Positions 13,170 through 25,570 of a DNA stretch of 64,000 bases are shown piece by piece. Under the pieces are notes generated by a model, which did no database searches, was not told where the DNA came from, and worked only from the letters and a program-made list of their open reading frames with translations. Source of the DNA: Sphyrna mokarran (taxonomy: Eukaryota); contig JAGIQG010000014.1 in assembly GCA_024679065.1 (NCBI GenBank), positions 9,610,001-9,674,000 on the forward strand, written 5' to 3'. The stretch's first letter is position 1; every line of letters starts with the position of its first letter. The position numbers were made by a program, and so were the translations under genes.

Positions 13170-15130
13170 TTTCTATTGCTACCCACTGATTTCTATGATC
13201 GAGCCAGTTCGACATCTTGCTTGCCAGCTCAACTCTGATTCCATTTGAACTTCGCACTCTGCACCAGTCTGCCACGAGGGAACTTGTCAAAGGCCTTACA
13301 ACATCTACTGCCCTACCTTCATCAATCATCTTCGTCACTTTTTTGCAAAACTCAATCGTGTTAGTGAGTCACCATCTTCCCTTCACAAGACCATGCTGCC
13401 TTTCTCTAATACGTCAAATTATTTCCAATACGGAGTAAATTCTCACTCGCAGAATCCTCTCCAATACTTTCCCTAGCAGTGAAGACAGACTCACCAAACT
13501 GTAATTACTTGGATTATTCTTGGTACTCTTCTTGTACAAAGCAACGACATTGACTATTCTCCAATCCTCTGGGACATCCCCTGTAAGAATTCTCTGAAAA
13601 CTACTGCTGTTTGCTAGCAAATAAACTTGTTGGACTTTAACCTCATGTTGTGAGACTTTTTACTGTGTTTACCCTAGTCCAACGCCGTCATTTCCATATC
13701 ATTTTCATATCCTCTCCTGTAACCAGTGAGGATACAAAGATTTTTCTCAAGACCCTAGCAAATTTCCTCCCTTGCTTCTTTTAGTATTCTGGGCTATATC
13801 CTATTAGAACCTGGAGGCTTGTCTGCCTTAATGTTCCTCAGGAATATCTCCTCTTTTTTTTTTCATCTCAACACGACTCAAACAATATATTCACCCTTTC
13901 CCAGAACTTTCATCCACCAATCCTTCTGTCTGGTGAATGCTGACATGAAGTAGTCATGCTCATATCCTCTGTTCCCAGCTTCCTAGCTTTGACAAATGCT
14001 TCTTTTTCTCTCTCTCTCTTCGACTAGGCTCACAATACCTCTTGTTGTCCAAGTGTACATTTCTTTCATTCTTAAAGAAATGTGCCAGCCTTGAATCTCT
14101 ATTGGCTTACACCTGAGAGCCTCCCACATGCCACATGTGGATGTGCCCTCAAACATCCTCCAATATACATTTATCAGTTTCTGCCTAGTATTGTTGTAAT
14201 TAGTCTTCCCCCAATTTAGCACTTTCACTTGAGGACTACACTTAGCTTTGTCAATCAACACCTTACTGTGTTGTAGTCGCTGTTCCAGAACTGTTCTCCT
14301 GTTGAAATGTTGACCACTTGGCCAGACTCATTCCCCAGTACCACGTCCAGCAAGGTCGCTTTTCTACTTGGACTCCCTACATACAGTATTAATAAGCCCT
14401 CCTGGATGCTCCTTACGAGTTCTGCCACATCCGTGCGTCTAGCACTAAGTGAGTCCTTAGCTAATCTTGCTACCCTTCTAAAACAAATGAACAACTTTGG
14501 TTATTCTCCAATATTCTGGAACCTTCCCTGTAGCTAGTAAGCATACAAATATTTGTCTCAAGGCCCTAGCATTTTCCTCCCTTGCACCTCTCGGTATTCT
14601 GGGTATACTTCAACAGGCCCTGGGGATTTGTTTATTTCAATGTTTCTCAAGAATCCCAGTACCTCCGCCTTGCTGATCTCAACATGATCCAAAATACCTT
14701 CACACTATTCCCCAGATTCTTCCTCCCAAATCTTTCTCGTTGGTGAATACTGACGCAAAGTATTCATTTAATATCTTGCCCACTTCCTCTGTCTCTACGC
14801 ATAGATTTCTTCCATTGTCTTTGAGTGGGCCAACCCTTTCCGTAGCTACCTTTTTTAAAATATGCGTTAAAAAGCCTTGGGATTTTCTTTAATCCTTGTA
14901 GCCAATGACTTTTCATGATCCATTTTAGCCCTCCTTACTCCTTGCTTAAGTTTATTTCTAATGTCTTTGTATTCTGCACTTGCTACGTGTGTTCCCAGCC
15001 TCCTAGCCTTGACAACTGCTTCTGGTTTGTCTCTGACTAAGCTCACAATGCATCTCGTTATTCAAGGTTCCTGAAACTTGCCATGCCTATCCTCCACCCT
15101 TACAGGAATGTGCAAGTCCATAGAGCCTAT
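13170..15130 (-). mobile_element. Decayed, rearranged CR1 ORF2 fragments (endonuclease C-terminus to RT)
   Basis: ORFs 13135-13338 (KMIDEGRAVDVV), 13414-13620 (VPEDWRIVNV...NYSLVSLSS), 13983-14261 and 14255-14494 (ATLLDVVLGN). Confidence 0.85.
13590..13703 (+). mobile_element. Penelope-like terminal fragment inserted in CR1
   Basis: Same 'aaataaacttgttggactttaacc...ccaacgcc...tcca.atcat' terminus; CCTGTAA is duplicated at 13580-13586 and 13716-13722. Confidence 0.75.
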
Positions 15131-15169
15131 CAACTTATACCTGCAGCATCAAGATTGCCACACAGGGGG

Positions 15170-16090
15170 AAAAAAATGGTCTTTGTTTACTTTATTGACC
15201 CCTTTTATTATTTTATACACTTTCATCAGATTCTCCTTCGTGTGTCTATAAGACCGAACTATTTTATATTTCTTCATATATCAACGGCTTTAGCTGTGGA
15301 ATCAATCTACTAAATCTTCCCCGATGACACTCCAATGCCACTACTTTCTTCTTCAGATAAGAAGATTTAAGCTGGACACAATATTTAAGATGCAATCTCG
15401 CCATCACGTTATACAATTACAAACACTTCTCTAATTGTATACACCAGTCCTTTTGAAATAAATGCTGTCAGTGTATTTTTTTTTATTACATGCTTTACCT
15501 GTTTTACAACTTTCAGCGATTTATTAATAAAGATAGTCTAGTTCCACTAATCGGATGCAATTTGAATGCGTCGTCAATTTAAATGATAACTCACCTTCCT
15601 ATTTTATGGCAGAAATGGATAACCTCATGGATACCTACCTAAAACCCCGTGTGTCAAAATTTGATCCGTTCCCTTAGCCTGTTTATTTACGTCTGTGAAA
15701 CGTTTATTTCCTCTTCACGTCCAACTTCCCTTGCTATTTAGTTATGATCTGTTCTGTTATACTCTGGCCTGATTTTACAGGCAAGGCTCCCGAAGAATAG
15801 TAATATCGCACCCACGGTCAATGGGGATTGCCGTTCTGCGAGCCTGGAACGCCCCAGTTTCTGGGCGGCTGTGCTAGTGAAATCAGGTGCCTCTGTTTGC
15901 AGATCACTTAAATAGACTGTGGACAGTGAGATCCGACAACCGATTCCAGTGGCACCGCGCCGGTTACAGATCGCCAGCCAGAATAGAATCTATTTATCCC
16001 AAGCTTCAATTTTCTGTCAGTTAGCCAATCCCAAATCCAATCTAGCATACTATCCCCAATCCTCTGACATCTACCTTTCTGGATCCGTCT
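15170..16090 (-). mobile_element. Old CR1 fragment
   Basis: ORF 15908-16183 contains WIWDWLTDRK...GWRSVTGAVP; decayed C-terminal part at 15200-15700. Confidence 0.65.
15766..15891. mobile_element. Short MITE with terminal inverted repeats (PIF/Harbinger-like)
   Basis: Left end GGCCTGATTTTAC, right end GTGAAATCAGGTGCC (imperfect inverse); TCT flanks both sides (3-bp TSD); interrupts a CR1. Confidence 0.55.
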
Positions 16091-16091
16091 T

Positions 16092-16200
16092 ATAGAACAT
16101 AGAACATAGAACAATACAGCACAGAACAGGCCCTTCGGCCTTCGATGTTGTGCCGACCAAAATAAAAAGCAATGCCCCTCCAAACTAAACCATTCCCTTC
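16092..16200 (-). mobile_element. Young CR1 3' tail only (~110 bp)
   Basis: Nearly identical to 2241-2345. Confidence 0.9.
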
Positions 16201-18046
16201 GTAAGTAAACTCAATGATCAGAGTTGCAGTTTCACAATATTGAAATCAATTAATTAATGAATCAATGTAATCATAGCTTAGCCATTTCCAGATCGTGCTT
16301 GAAGAAGGTGATTACATAGTATCAGAATATGTTGTCATTTACTCCACCTAGAGTAAGAGTGGGATGCCATAGCACGCCAAAGACCATTGCACACTGACAG
16401 ATAATGAAGGAAATACATCGGAACTGGAGTGAGGTCTCCCATTCCAATTAGCGAGTCAGGCTCAGTCAATTCTAGAGGGATAGATTTCCCAATGTTGCAT
16501 CGACAATGGCGTCAATATTCCACACTGGTTTGTGGATACACTCAGTTCAACTAACTAATATTCCCAGCAATACATACTTATTTATTCCACTCTGTTAGTG
16601 ATTCAAATTCAGTAAAATTCGAGGACGGCATTTAAAAACAGAGAAATACCGTGACATTGCCTTTAATAGATGTTTTACGAAACGTCACAAACCAACATCA
16701 AAACTTTTCCGCGTTTTATTCTATTCCATTGGTACAGAAGGAGCTGCGTGGATTCAGGAGTTCACTCGCCAAATTATAATTTCAAAATAAAGTCGCATTA
16801 TTCTACTCTTGGTAGTGCCCCACATTCAGTTCAAATCGACACAGACACATGCTCCCACAAAAAGTGGTAACTGGGTCAGACATTCCTCTGTTGTTAATGA
16901 TGCATTCAGTACAGTTCTGCACTGGCGTATATTCATAGTAACACATGGTAATTGAGGTCACGATACTCGCAAAACATACTATAATTCTACATTCACCAAT
17001 ATGTCTGATAGTACATGGTTACTAGGGTGAGGTGGTCCACTACAGTAAATTATACACTTACTCCATTATTCTACGCTGATAGGTAATCCTGGTATTATCT
17101 TCATCTGACAGACTTTGTTGCTTTGAACGTTTTTCCAACATTAAAGAATATTTCACTGAACGAAATTACTTTATAATACTTGTGAATCAGAGGCAGTTGA
17201 GGCAACTGACTAAAGAGCTCAGATAATTCAGGAGATATAATTAACGTTCTTATAATAGTGAATGCGTGCCTGAATAACTGTAAAGCCGATTTAACATTAT
17301 CATTTGTAGAGTAATAACAGGACAAATTTATGTTGACGCACACAACTTTATTATTATAAATATTTGCTAGCAACATCAATTGTAGCAAGAATCAAGCAGT
17401 ATATTGTTCGGGCCGTTCGAACGGTGCTGTATACATTTTCCTGTCTGACGCCAACCACTTCTCTCGTGCAGCAGGCAATATTTCTGAATGAAGCTCGTGT
17501 TACGTATTATCAGTGCACTTATTTTATACCCTCCTTGATCTCAACAGGATACTCAGGTTGAAATATTGTTCAAAATGTTTTTCATCATGTTTGAGCGGGC
17601 AGATAATGACAGCCCTGTTAGTTCCCTGTTAGTGGAGTCTAGAAAGAAACTGATATTTAATTGGATATCCCAAGTCTGATAACACGCAGCTAAAACTCAT
17701 TATTCTAGCTTACGCAAAACGTTCACGGAAATAGACATACAGCGCAGAAAAGGCCCTTTGGTCCCATCAATCTATAGCGGCAATAACTATCACTAAAGGG
17801 GCACTAATCACATTTTCCTGCATTTGTATTACACCCTTGAATGTTATGTTATTTCAAATGCTCTTCCATTTTTTGAAAGAAAAGGTTGAAATGTTGCCGG
17901 CCTGTGGTATGTTCCCAGGTTTGGCTTTCCAAATTTGAACCTTACTGAGTGTGTCTTTTTTTCAATCTCATGCCAGCTCTGAGCCTCACATCGCTTATAC
18001 TAAAACTATGGCCTTTCGTGATTGATCGGTCCAACAAGAGTAACAG

Positions 18047-18292
18047 TTTGATTTTATTTGATTGATTTGATTTATTGTCGTCATGTGTATTAGCATACAG
18101 TGAAAAGCATCGTTTCTTGTGCGCTATACGGACAGAGCATACCGTACAGAGAGAAGGAAAAGAGAGAGTGCAGAATGTGAGTGTTGGAGTCATAGTTAGG
18201 GTGCAGAGAAAGGTCAATTTAATACTTGACAGTTGTATTGAAAAGCCTGATGGCTACAGGAAAGAAGCTCTTCTTGAGTCTTTTGGGTAGTC
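18047..18292 (-). mobile_element. Rex1-like LINE 3' end
   Basis: A (TTTGA)n tail on +, then 'atacagtgaaaag...tttcttg'; repeated at 43815-44050 and 50688-50920. Confidence 0.65.
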
Positions 18293-18295
18293 AGT

Positions 18296-19055
18296 CATCC
18301 TTCGTCTCTCCAGGGAGAAAAGACCGAGCTCCCTCAATAAGCTGTCCTCATAAGGCATGCCTCCCAATCCAGGCAACATCTTTGTAAATCTCCTCTGCGC
18401 CCTTTCAATAGCTTCCATATCTTTCTTGCAGTGAGGCAACCACAACTGTGCACAGTACTCCAAGTGGGGTATGACAAGGATCTTACAAAGCTGCAGCATT
18501 ATCTCCCGACTCCTAAACTCAGTCCCTCGATTAATGAAGGCTAGTACACCATATGCCTTCGTGACCACATTCTCTACCTGCAAGGCTGATTTAAGAGATA
18601 TGTCGACCTGGACTCCGAGGTCCTTCTGATCCTCTGCACTGCTAAAAATCCTACCCTTAATATTATACTCCTTCATCCTATTGGACTAGCTAAAATGGAC
18701 CACTACACATTTCTCCGTGTTGAAGTTCAACTGCCACTTCTCTGCCCAGGCTTGCATCCTATCTATGTCTCAGTGCAACTTCTGACATCCCTCCAGACTA
18801 TCCACAACACCACCAACCTTCGTGTCATCGGCAAATGTACCAACCCATCCCTTCACTTTCTCATCCAGGTCATTTATGAAAATTACAAACAGCAAGGGTC
18901 CCAGAACAGATCCCTGGGGCACTCCACTGTTGACTGACAGCCATGCAGAAAAAGACCCATCCACAACCATTGTCTGGCCTTCTGCAGGCAAGCCAGTTCT
19001 AAATCTACAGGGCAACAGCCTCTTGGATCCCACATCCTCTCACTTTCTCTTAAGC
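18296..19055 (-). mobile_element. CR1 LINE RT fragment (subfamily 2)
   Basis: ORFs 18254-18676 and 18770-19033 ([22 protein letters not shown]). Confidence 0.92.
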
Positions 19056-20089
19056 TAGAAAAATGAAAGAATTTTTATTTTTTTATTTAAATTTTATTTA
19101 AGAACTATGAATGAGTTCAGAGTTGTAAATTAGAATGAGGAAGTTACAATGTAGAATTATTTGTATCAAAACATACAAGAATGATGCGCATACATAATTA
19201 AACATTTAGAATTTTAAAATACAGTTCACATATTTGCAACTAAATTCATTTTCCGTCTTTTTTTTAATTAACCTGATTTTAAGCATATAACCCAGAACAT
19301 AGAATATGCTGATCTCGTTCATTACACTTCTTCGGTTTCTGATGGGTAATCAATTCCGAAACCGTATTTCTCCTTCATTCCTTTGAAAAACGTATCCTTC
19401 AGTCTGAACAAGGTTAACACTCTCTTTGGGGATGAAACTATTAAGCCATTGAGAAGTTGAAATAACTTCACTTTTCATCTGTTAATCATAACCCTGTAAT
19501 TGGCTGACATTATTTAATTGTGTTTAATTGTGTTTGTCTTTATGTGCATTCAATCTCTACAATTGAAAAACGAATTGCTCAATGTATGCTACGAATCAAA
19601 TTTCAAACATAACACTTTATATTTGTATATTTTCTCTTCGCGGTTTGTTTTTTTTACTGAATAAATCCATTGATGCACAAATATTTTTGTGCCTCAATTT
19701 CAGTACAATATTTGTACGAAGTTTTTACATCAGATACGAAATAATTCTTTTCTGAATGTAACATGTACCGTCTAAATTAAACTAACAAACTTGTGTTCAT
19801 TTTTAAAAAAAATTAAGTTTAATTTTGATTTCGAGCATGTGTGCAAATATTCATATGCATTGCTTGATCAAGATATCAGTTGTATTTCAGCTCCAGGATA
19901 TCAGTGCACAAAGAGTGTTGTCCAAAGTCAAAACATCTTTAGCTGTTGTACCAACGATCATCCTCTATCAGAATGGATGCATTAATGACTACAATAGTTC
20001 AGCACGATTTGCAGCTGAAGTTGATTTGTTAATTTATCGACTGAGACATGGACAGCACGTAAGTCGATAAATTAACAAATTGCAACTTG

Positions 20090-20815
20090 CCGAAAAGTGG
20101 CAAGTTGCATTCGTATCATGCATTCTCTAAGCAATGGCAGTAGTAAGACGAGGTCTCAAAATGCATTCATAATATTCAATAGTATTGTCGAGATCCACAT
20201 CGAGGCGATTACCATTAATCAGAATTTAAATTCAAAGCATTGCCACACCAAGACTACAAGAATGGGTCAGGCGCTGGGAATTTTGCGAAGAAAATCTCAC
20301 TCACTGACAACCCATTATCTACAATCTGAAAGTCATAAGTGTGATTAAATACTCTTCACTAATCTGGCTGAGTAAAGCTCCAAATACCGAAAAATCTCAA
20401 CGTCATAGAGAACAATGCAGCCCGCTTGATTGGCACCACATCCATCAGCTACAAAATTCCATTCAACTACGACAGATCCAAAGAAGCTACAGTGTCTGCG
20501 TCCAAAAGATGCACTGTAACATCTCACCAAGTCTGCTCAGACAGCAGCCCCCAAACCCATGACTTCTACCACAATGAAGGACAAAGACAGCAAGTGCATA
20601 GCAGCACCACAACACACACCACCTTCAGGGCAGTGCATTACGTCAGAATCCTGCAACTCATTTCCTAACAATTCTGTGAGTGCAGTTGAAAGAAATTGAT
20701 TTAAGCACTTCAGTGAGGCAGCTCCCTATCGCATTGTCACGGGCAATTGGGGTAGTTAATAAATGTTGTCCCAGTCAGTGAGACCCATATTCAATGAACA
20801 AAGAAACAAGTGTAT
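20090..20815 (+). mobile_element. Old CR1/L2-group LINE C-terminus and 3' tail
   Basis: 'ggtcaggcgctgggaattttgcgaag...catctacaa...gcagcccgcttgattggcacc'; homologous to 40860-41155. Confidence 0.65.
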
Positions 20816-20830
20816 TTTTAATCAACCTCT

Positions 20831-21006
20831 NNNNNNNNNNNNNNNNNNNNNNNNNNNNNNNNNNNNNNNNNNNNNNNNNNNNNNNNNNNNNNNNNNNNNN
20901 NNNNNNNNNNNNNNNNNNNNNNNNNNNNNNNNNNNNNNNNNNNNNNNNNNNNNNNNNNNNNNNNNNNNNNNNNNNNNNNNNNNNNNNNNNNNNNNNNNNN
21001 NNNNNN
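20831..21006. other. Assembly gap (176 N)
   Basis: Run of N. Confidence 1.
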
Positions 21007-21690
21007 GCTAGTTTTGTCCCTTTCGCTCCATGTTCTCTGCCCTTCCCTCCACCAAAGTTTGCAATTTTTCACCCAATCTTTCTCTCGCCAGCCTCCGTGT
21101 ATATTTCTTCCCCCAACAACTCCCTCCACCCCGGGTGCCTCTGTCTCGCCCCAGTCTCGCATTTTCTATATCCATCTTTCTTCCTTTCTCTCAGTCTCTC
21201 TCTATCGTGCACAGAAACACACCGAAGTTTGCCTCCTCCCTTTCAAGTCTCGCCTACAATTTCCCTCATTCGTATTCTCCCCCTAACCTCTGTCCTCTTT
21301 TCAGTCAGCCTTCTTCGCGAAATTCTCTATCACACACCAGCATTCAGACACATTTTCCTGCCAATTTATCTCTCCACACAAAAAAGTCCTCTCTTTCTTC
21401 ATCACTTCCATTCTCTCTGACCTGCCCTACCTGCTCCCCACTCTATCACTACGGTGATTTGTTGCCTCACTACCTCATCGCCATTTATTTCCCCCTGCCG
21501 AATCTCACTTCTCCTTCTTTCTCTCTCCTCAAGTTCCTGCTTCTCCCAGACTCACTCTCTCCCGCAGTCTTTTTCCCTTCTCTTATACAATCTCTTCACT
21601 TTCTGTCGTGTCTCTCTTGCCACTACACCTCGCTCTCTCTCTCTGACTATTTCCCAGTCTCTCCCTCTCTGTCTCTCTCTCTCTCTCTGT
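21007..21690 (+). repeat. Pyrimidine-rich low-complexity tract ending in (CT)n
   Basis: Strong C/T strand bias over ~680 bp. Confidence 0.8.
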
Positions 21691-22341
21691 GTAGATCTCA
21701 CCGTTGTGACAATTCGAAAATCAATAGTTTATCAAAGAGCTGCAACGACCTCACCGAACTGTCCTATGACCACAACACAATGTGCGGACGGACTAAGGAG
21801 TTGTCATTCAGAGATCGCAAAGATCAATTGGGCAAAGTAAAAGTCACTCAGTTGGAACACCCAATTGTGAAATGAACAATCAAGCTGAGAAAATGCGGAT
21901 TTTCCAATACTCCGTTGAAAAGGCTGGACATCGACTTGGGCTGGCAGATTGACTGAGGACACTGTCACTCACTGGGCAAAATTTACTAATAAGCTGATGT
22001 AGTGAATGGTGGAGTTCCCTGCTTGGATGAAAAGGCTCAAGACCAAAGTCTCTGATTGAATAATATTGCTTTCCACTGGAGATTATGATAACAAAAGCGA
22101 ATTTGACTGACAGTGTGCTTAGTTTCTCGATTTTTTGAGGCATCTCCCTGGCCCCGCCTGGAGCAACCCTAGTGGCAGGACCAGCTGAGAATCATTGGGA
22201 AATTCAACAAACGGAATGTTGAGTCTGCAACTGGAGAATTGTGCTCAATTGCCTTATCTAAGGCAGGATAAATCTCCTCTAGACAGAGTGTTAGGGAAGC
22301 TCTCCAGAATAATCCCTGGGCTGCGGGAGGCTTGTGGTTTG

Positions 22342-22363
22342 GTGTGTGTGTGTGTGTGTGTGT
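22342..22363 (+). repeat. (GT)n microsatellite
   Basis: gtgtgtgtgtgtgtgtgtgtgt. Confidence 0.9.
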
Positions 22364-23209
22364 CAGGGAATTGGGGGTGTGAGGATGGAGGTTACTTTCT
22401 AATGATGGGAGAATGAGAAACCTGGATTTGTACTTTCTGGAGTTTGGACGAATGCCAACACTTTCAGAATTCGTACAGGGTGTGTATAGATATTTATGCT
22501 GGCTGCTGAATCTAAAATCCGAAGGTATATTCTCAGGCAAAAGGGAAAGTCACTTCAGAATGACAATTGCAGGAATTTGTTCACTCAGATTCAGTAGTTT
22601 TATTATTATTATTTTCTATTTCACAGAACTGTTGGAGCTCAACAATTGAACCTGCTCACGACTGAATCCGATGGATGCATGGAGGACAAATGCATCAATG
22701 AATATGCAAATATTACGGAAACCCAGCATTGAAGTTGATGATCAGTAACAATCAAATTCTATGTTAGAACAGACTCTACAGGTCAAAGAGACTATACATG
22801 CTTGTTTATTCTTATCTTTGCCCCGCAAGTGATGCTCTTGAGCAACTTTTGGTTCTTCCTGACTGGCTGAGCGCAGTCCTATTCATTATGAGAGTCTTTG
22901 GTTGACTCATGTGGCTGCAGTCATTGACTGAGGTTCGCAATTTCTTTCAGATCTCATTTTCACTGTAATCCTTGTAGGTAGAAGATACTTGATTGGGTGC
23001 TGCCAGTGTCTCTCACTGGATAACATTCCTTGGCTGCTGCTGACGTGGTTATGAATCAAAGGCAGTGGTCCTTCACATTTGTACTTCATATCTTCATCAT
23101 CAGCTCTTGTCTGATGAAGCCCATCTCTTTGTTTTACAGCTTTTGGTAGATTGCAGATAATTATTCAAATCGGTGGCTGCAAACACTCAGAGAATCATCT
23201 GGGTTCTTC

Positions 23210-24114
23210 TCAATGGTTTCCTTTATGAATTAATTTAATAATCAATGATGCCGGGTATGCCACTGCCTTCCTGGCCTGTTCTCTGAACTTTGACTGAGTC
23301 ACCAGATAAATAAATGTGTTTGTGCAGCAATTCATGTCTGCAAGTAAGAATCCAACTTGTTGAATTGTAAATTCAAAATACGTAAGATAAACTAACCCTT
23401 TAATGGTGTAACATAAAAAAATTATCACATACACTAACCACAAAAGAATGAAGCAACAGGATATGGCAATGAATAATACCATAGACTTCTTTCTGCTCTC
23501 CATCTCAGGGTCACTGTGATTTTCCCCCTTATTCTGACCCCTCAGCCCCTTACGAACTCGACTGGCCACTAATATATGCCTGACTGTCAAAGCATTGAGC
23601 AAAATAATTAAAATAAATGGGAGGAAAGGCATTAAAATCTTATGGAACCAATTATATGCTACCCACCTTGGATCAGTAAAAGTACTTGGCTTTTGTTTAC
23701 ATCCCCAAGGTACATTGTCGATTATCACTCCAGGTTCATTTGTAAAGTAATTAGGGATGTTCTTTGAAATGAGAAAGATGCCTGTTATTGCAAGAACAAA
23801 AGTTGCAGTTTTCTTGGTGCAATATTTTGTTTTCAGCCTCGGGCAACAAATGACCACAAATCAATCAAAGGAGAAATTGACGGTGAACCAAACAGAAGAG
23901 TCTGTGGCTGCAGGAACAAGAACTCCGTTAATTCCACACACAGGGGTTATGTCCAGGAAACTCACTGGGAAATAATAGTAAGTGATTTTATGTAGTATGG
24001 TCTGCGTAATAGTGAGCAGTAGGTCCACCGTTGCCATAGCTACGAGGTAGCAAGTGGTGCAGCTGGAAAGTCCACACTTTCCACGGGACAGGATTACAAT
24101 TGCCAGCAAATTAA
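23210..24114 (-). pseudogene. GPR139-like GPCR paralogue B, exon 2, with an in-frame TGA at 23861-23863
   Basis: Acceptor ttacag| at 24115. ORFs 23861-24178 and 23210-23857 are the same frame: VNLLAIVILSRGKCGLS...SVWFTVNFSFD*FVVICC...WGC...NTFIY.VTQSKFRE. No frameshift seen. Confidence 0.88.
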
Positions 24115-24185
24115 CTGTAAGACAGAAAATAGAGAAGGGGCGATTAATTAGAAAACAAACATTTTCTGTGTCTGACACAAATATA

Positions 24186-25570
24186 CATCGAGATGCCGGC
24201 CTTGGTCTGGGTTAAACACAATAAGAAGTCTATCAGCACAAGCTTAAATTCCAACAGGTTTATTTGGTAGCAGAAGCTTTTGGAGTGTTGTCTCTTCCTC
24301 AGGTGCCCTGAATAATTGTGTCCACAAACTGGGCATATATAGACACAGACTCGATTTACAAAATAATAGTTTTTTTTTTACAATTAACCAAGTTTTTACA
24401 GACACAGACGATGTGATGGAGAGAGCGTTAAGCACAGGTTAAAGAGGTGTGAATTGTCTTCAGCTAGGACAGTTAGTGAGATTTTATAAGCCCAGGCAAG
24501 TCGTGGGGGTACAGATAGTGTGGCATGAATTCAAGATCTCCTTGAGGCCTTCCTTATATGTAAGAACTTAGCTCTCAGCGCCACTGGGCAATTTTGCATT
24601 AACTAGCGTCACGAAGGCTGCCATAGAGAACGTTTACCCGAAGATCAGAAGATGAATGCCCGTGACTTCTGAAATATTCTCCCAGAGGAAGAAAACACTC
24701 CAGCCTGGTGATGTTGAATGGTATTTGTTCATCCATCGTCATAGCGTCTGCATGGTCTTGCTAATGAACCATGCCTCAGGACATCTTTTCCGGCACCGTA
24801 TCAGGAAACACAGACAACATTGGCAGAGTCACAAGAGTATGTAGTGTACCTGGTGGATAGCATTATCACGTGAGATGATGGTATCTATGTTGATGATCCA
24901 GCACATCTTACAGAGGTTGCAGTGGCAGGGTTTGTGGTGTTGTGGTCACTATTCTCTCGCAGGTTGTAGTTTGCTGCAGACAATGGTCTTTTTGAATTTA
25001 TGCATTTGTTTGAAGGCAAGAAGTGGGGTGTGGGGGTGGCCTTGATGAGATGTCCATCTTCATCAATGATATGTTGAAGGCTTTGGAGAAAATATCTTGG
25101 CTCCTCTGCTCCAGGAGGTATTGGATAATGAAACATTCTCTGTCTGCCATACCCCGTGTTCATCTTCTGAGGAGGTTGGTGCCGTTTTTCATTTTGGTGT
25201 GTTGATCAATAAGTCGAGTGCCATCTACTTATGAGGGTATGTTTCAGTGGCTTTTGGTGTCTGTTGCGATCCTCCTCATCTGACCAGATCCTATGTATAT
25301 GGAGGGCTTGTTCATTGGGGATGGCTTCTTTAACGTGTTTAGGCTGGAAGCTGGAGAAGTGGAACATCATGAGGTTATCCATGGGCTTGCAGTACAGTGA
25401 AGCGCTGAGGTGACCATCCTTGATTGAGATGCGTGTGTCCTCGAATGCAACCGATTCTGCAGAGTAATTCATGGTGAGTCCGATGTGGGATGGAACTTGT
25501 TGATGTCATCATATAGTTGTTTCAGTGATTGTTTACCACGAGTCCAAAGGAAGAAAATGTCATTGATGAA
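24186..25570 (-). mobile_element. Penelope-like element, 5'-truncated (RT C-terminus, decayed GIY-YIG region, terminal repeat), in the intron of GPCR B
   Basis: ORF 25206-25472 (F.DTRISIKDGHLS.SLY.KP.D...HFSSF.PKHVKEAIP..QAL.I.RI.S) is the PLE RT C-terminus; the terminus is shared with the short copies. Confidence 0.88.
24270..24306 (-). ncRNA. Degenerate minimal type-I hammerhead ribozyme in the Penelope terminus (probably inactive)
   Basis: Minus strand GCAC-CTGAGGA-AGAGACAACACTCC-AAAA-GCTT-CTGC: CUGANGA box, decayed stem II, GAAA mutated to AAAA, palindromic AGCT. Confidence 0.55.

Noticed and set aside
20763-21875. Long ORFs of 208 and 281 aa around the gap
   Set aside because: They arise from Ns and stop-poor pyrimidine-rich sequence; the peptides are S/L/P/F low complexity.
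23105-23135. CTGATGA as a hammerhead core
   Set aside because: No stem II or GAAA follows.
23861-23863. In-frame TGA as selenocysteine
   Set aside because: The position is the conserved Arg (CGA in the paralogue), not Cys, and I recognised no SECIS downstream by eye.
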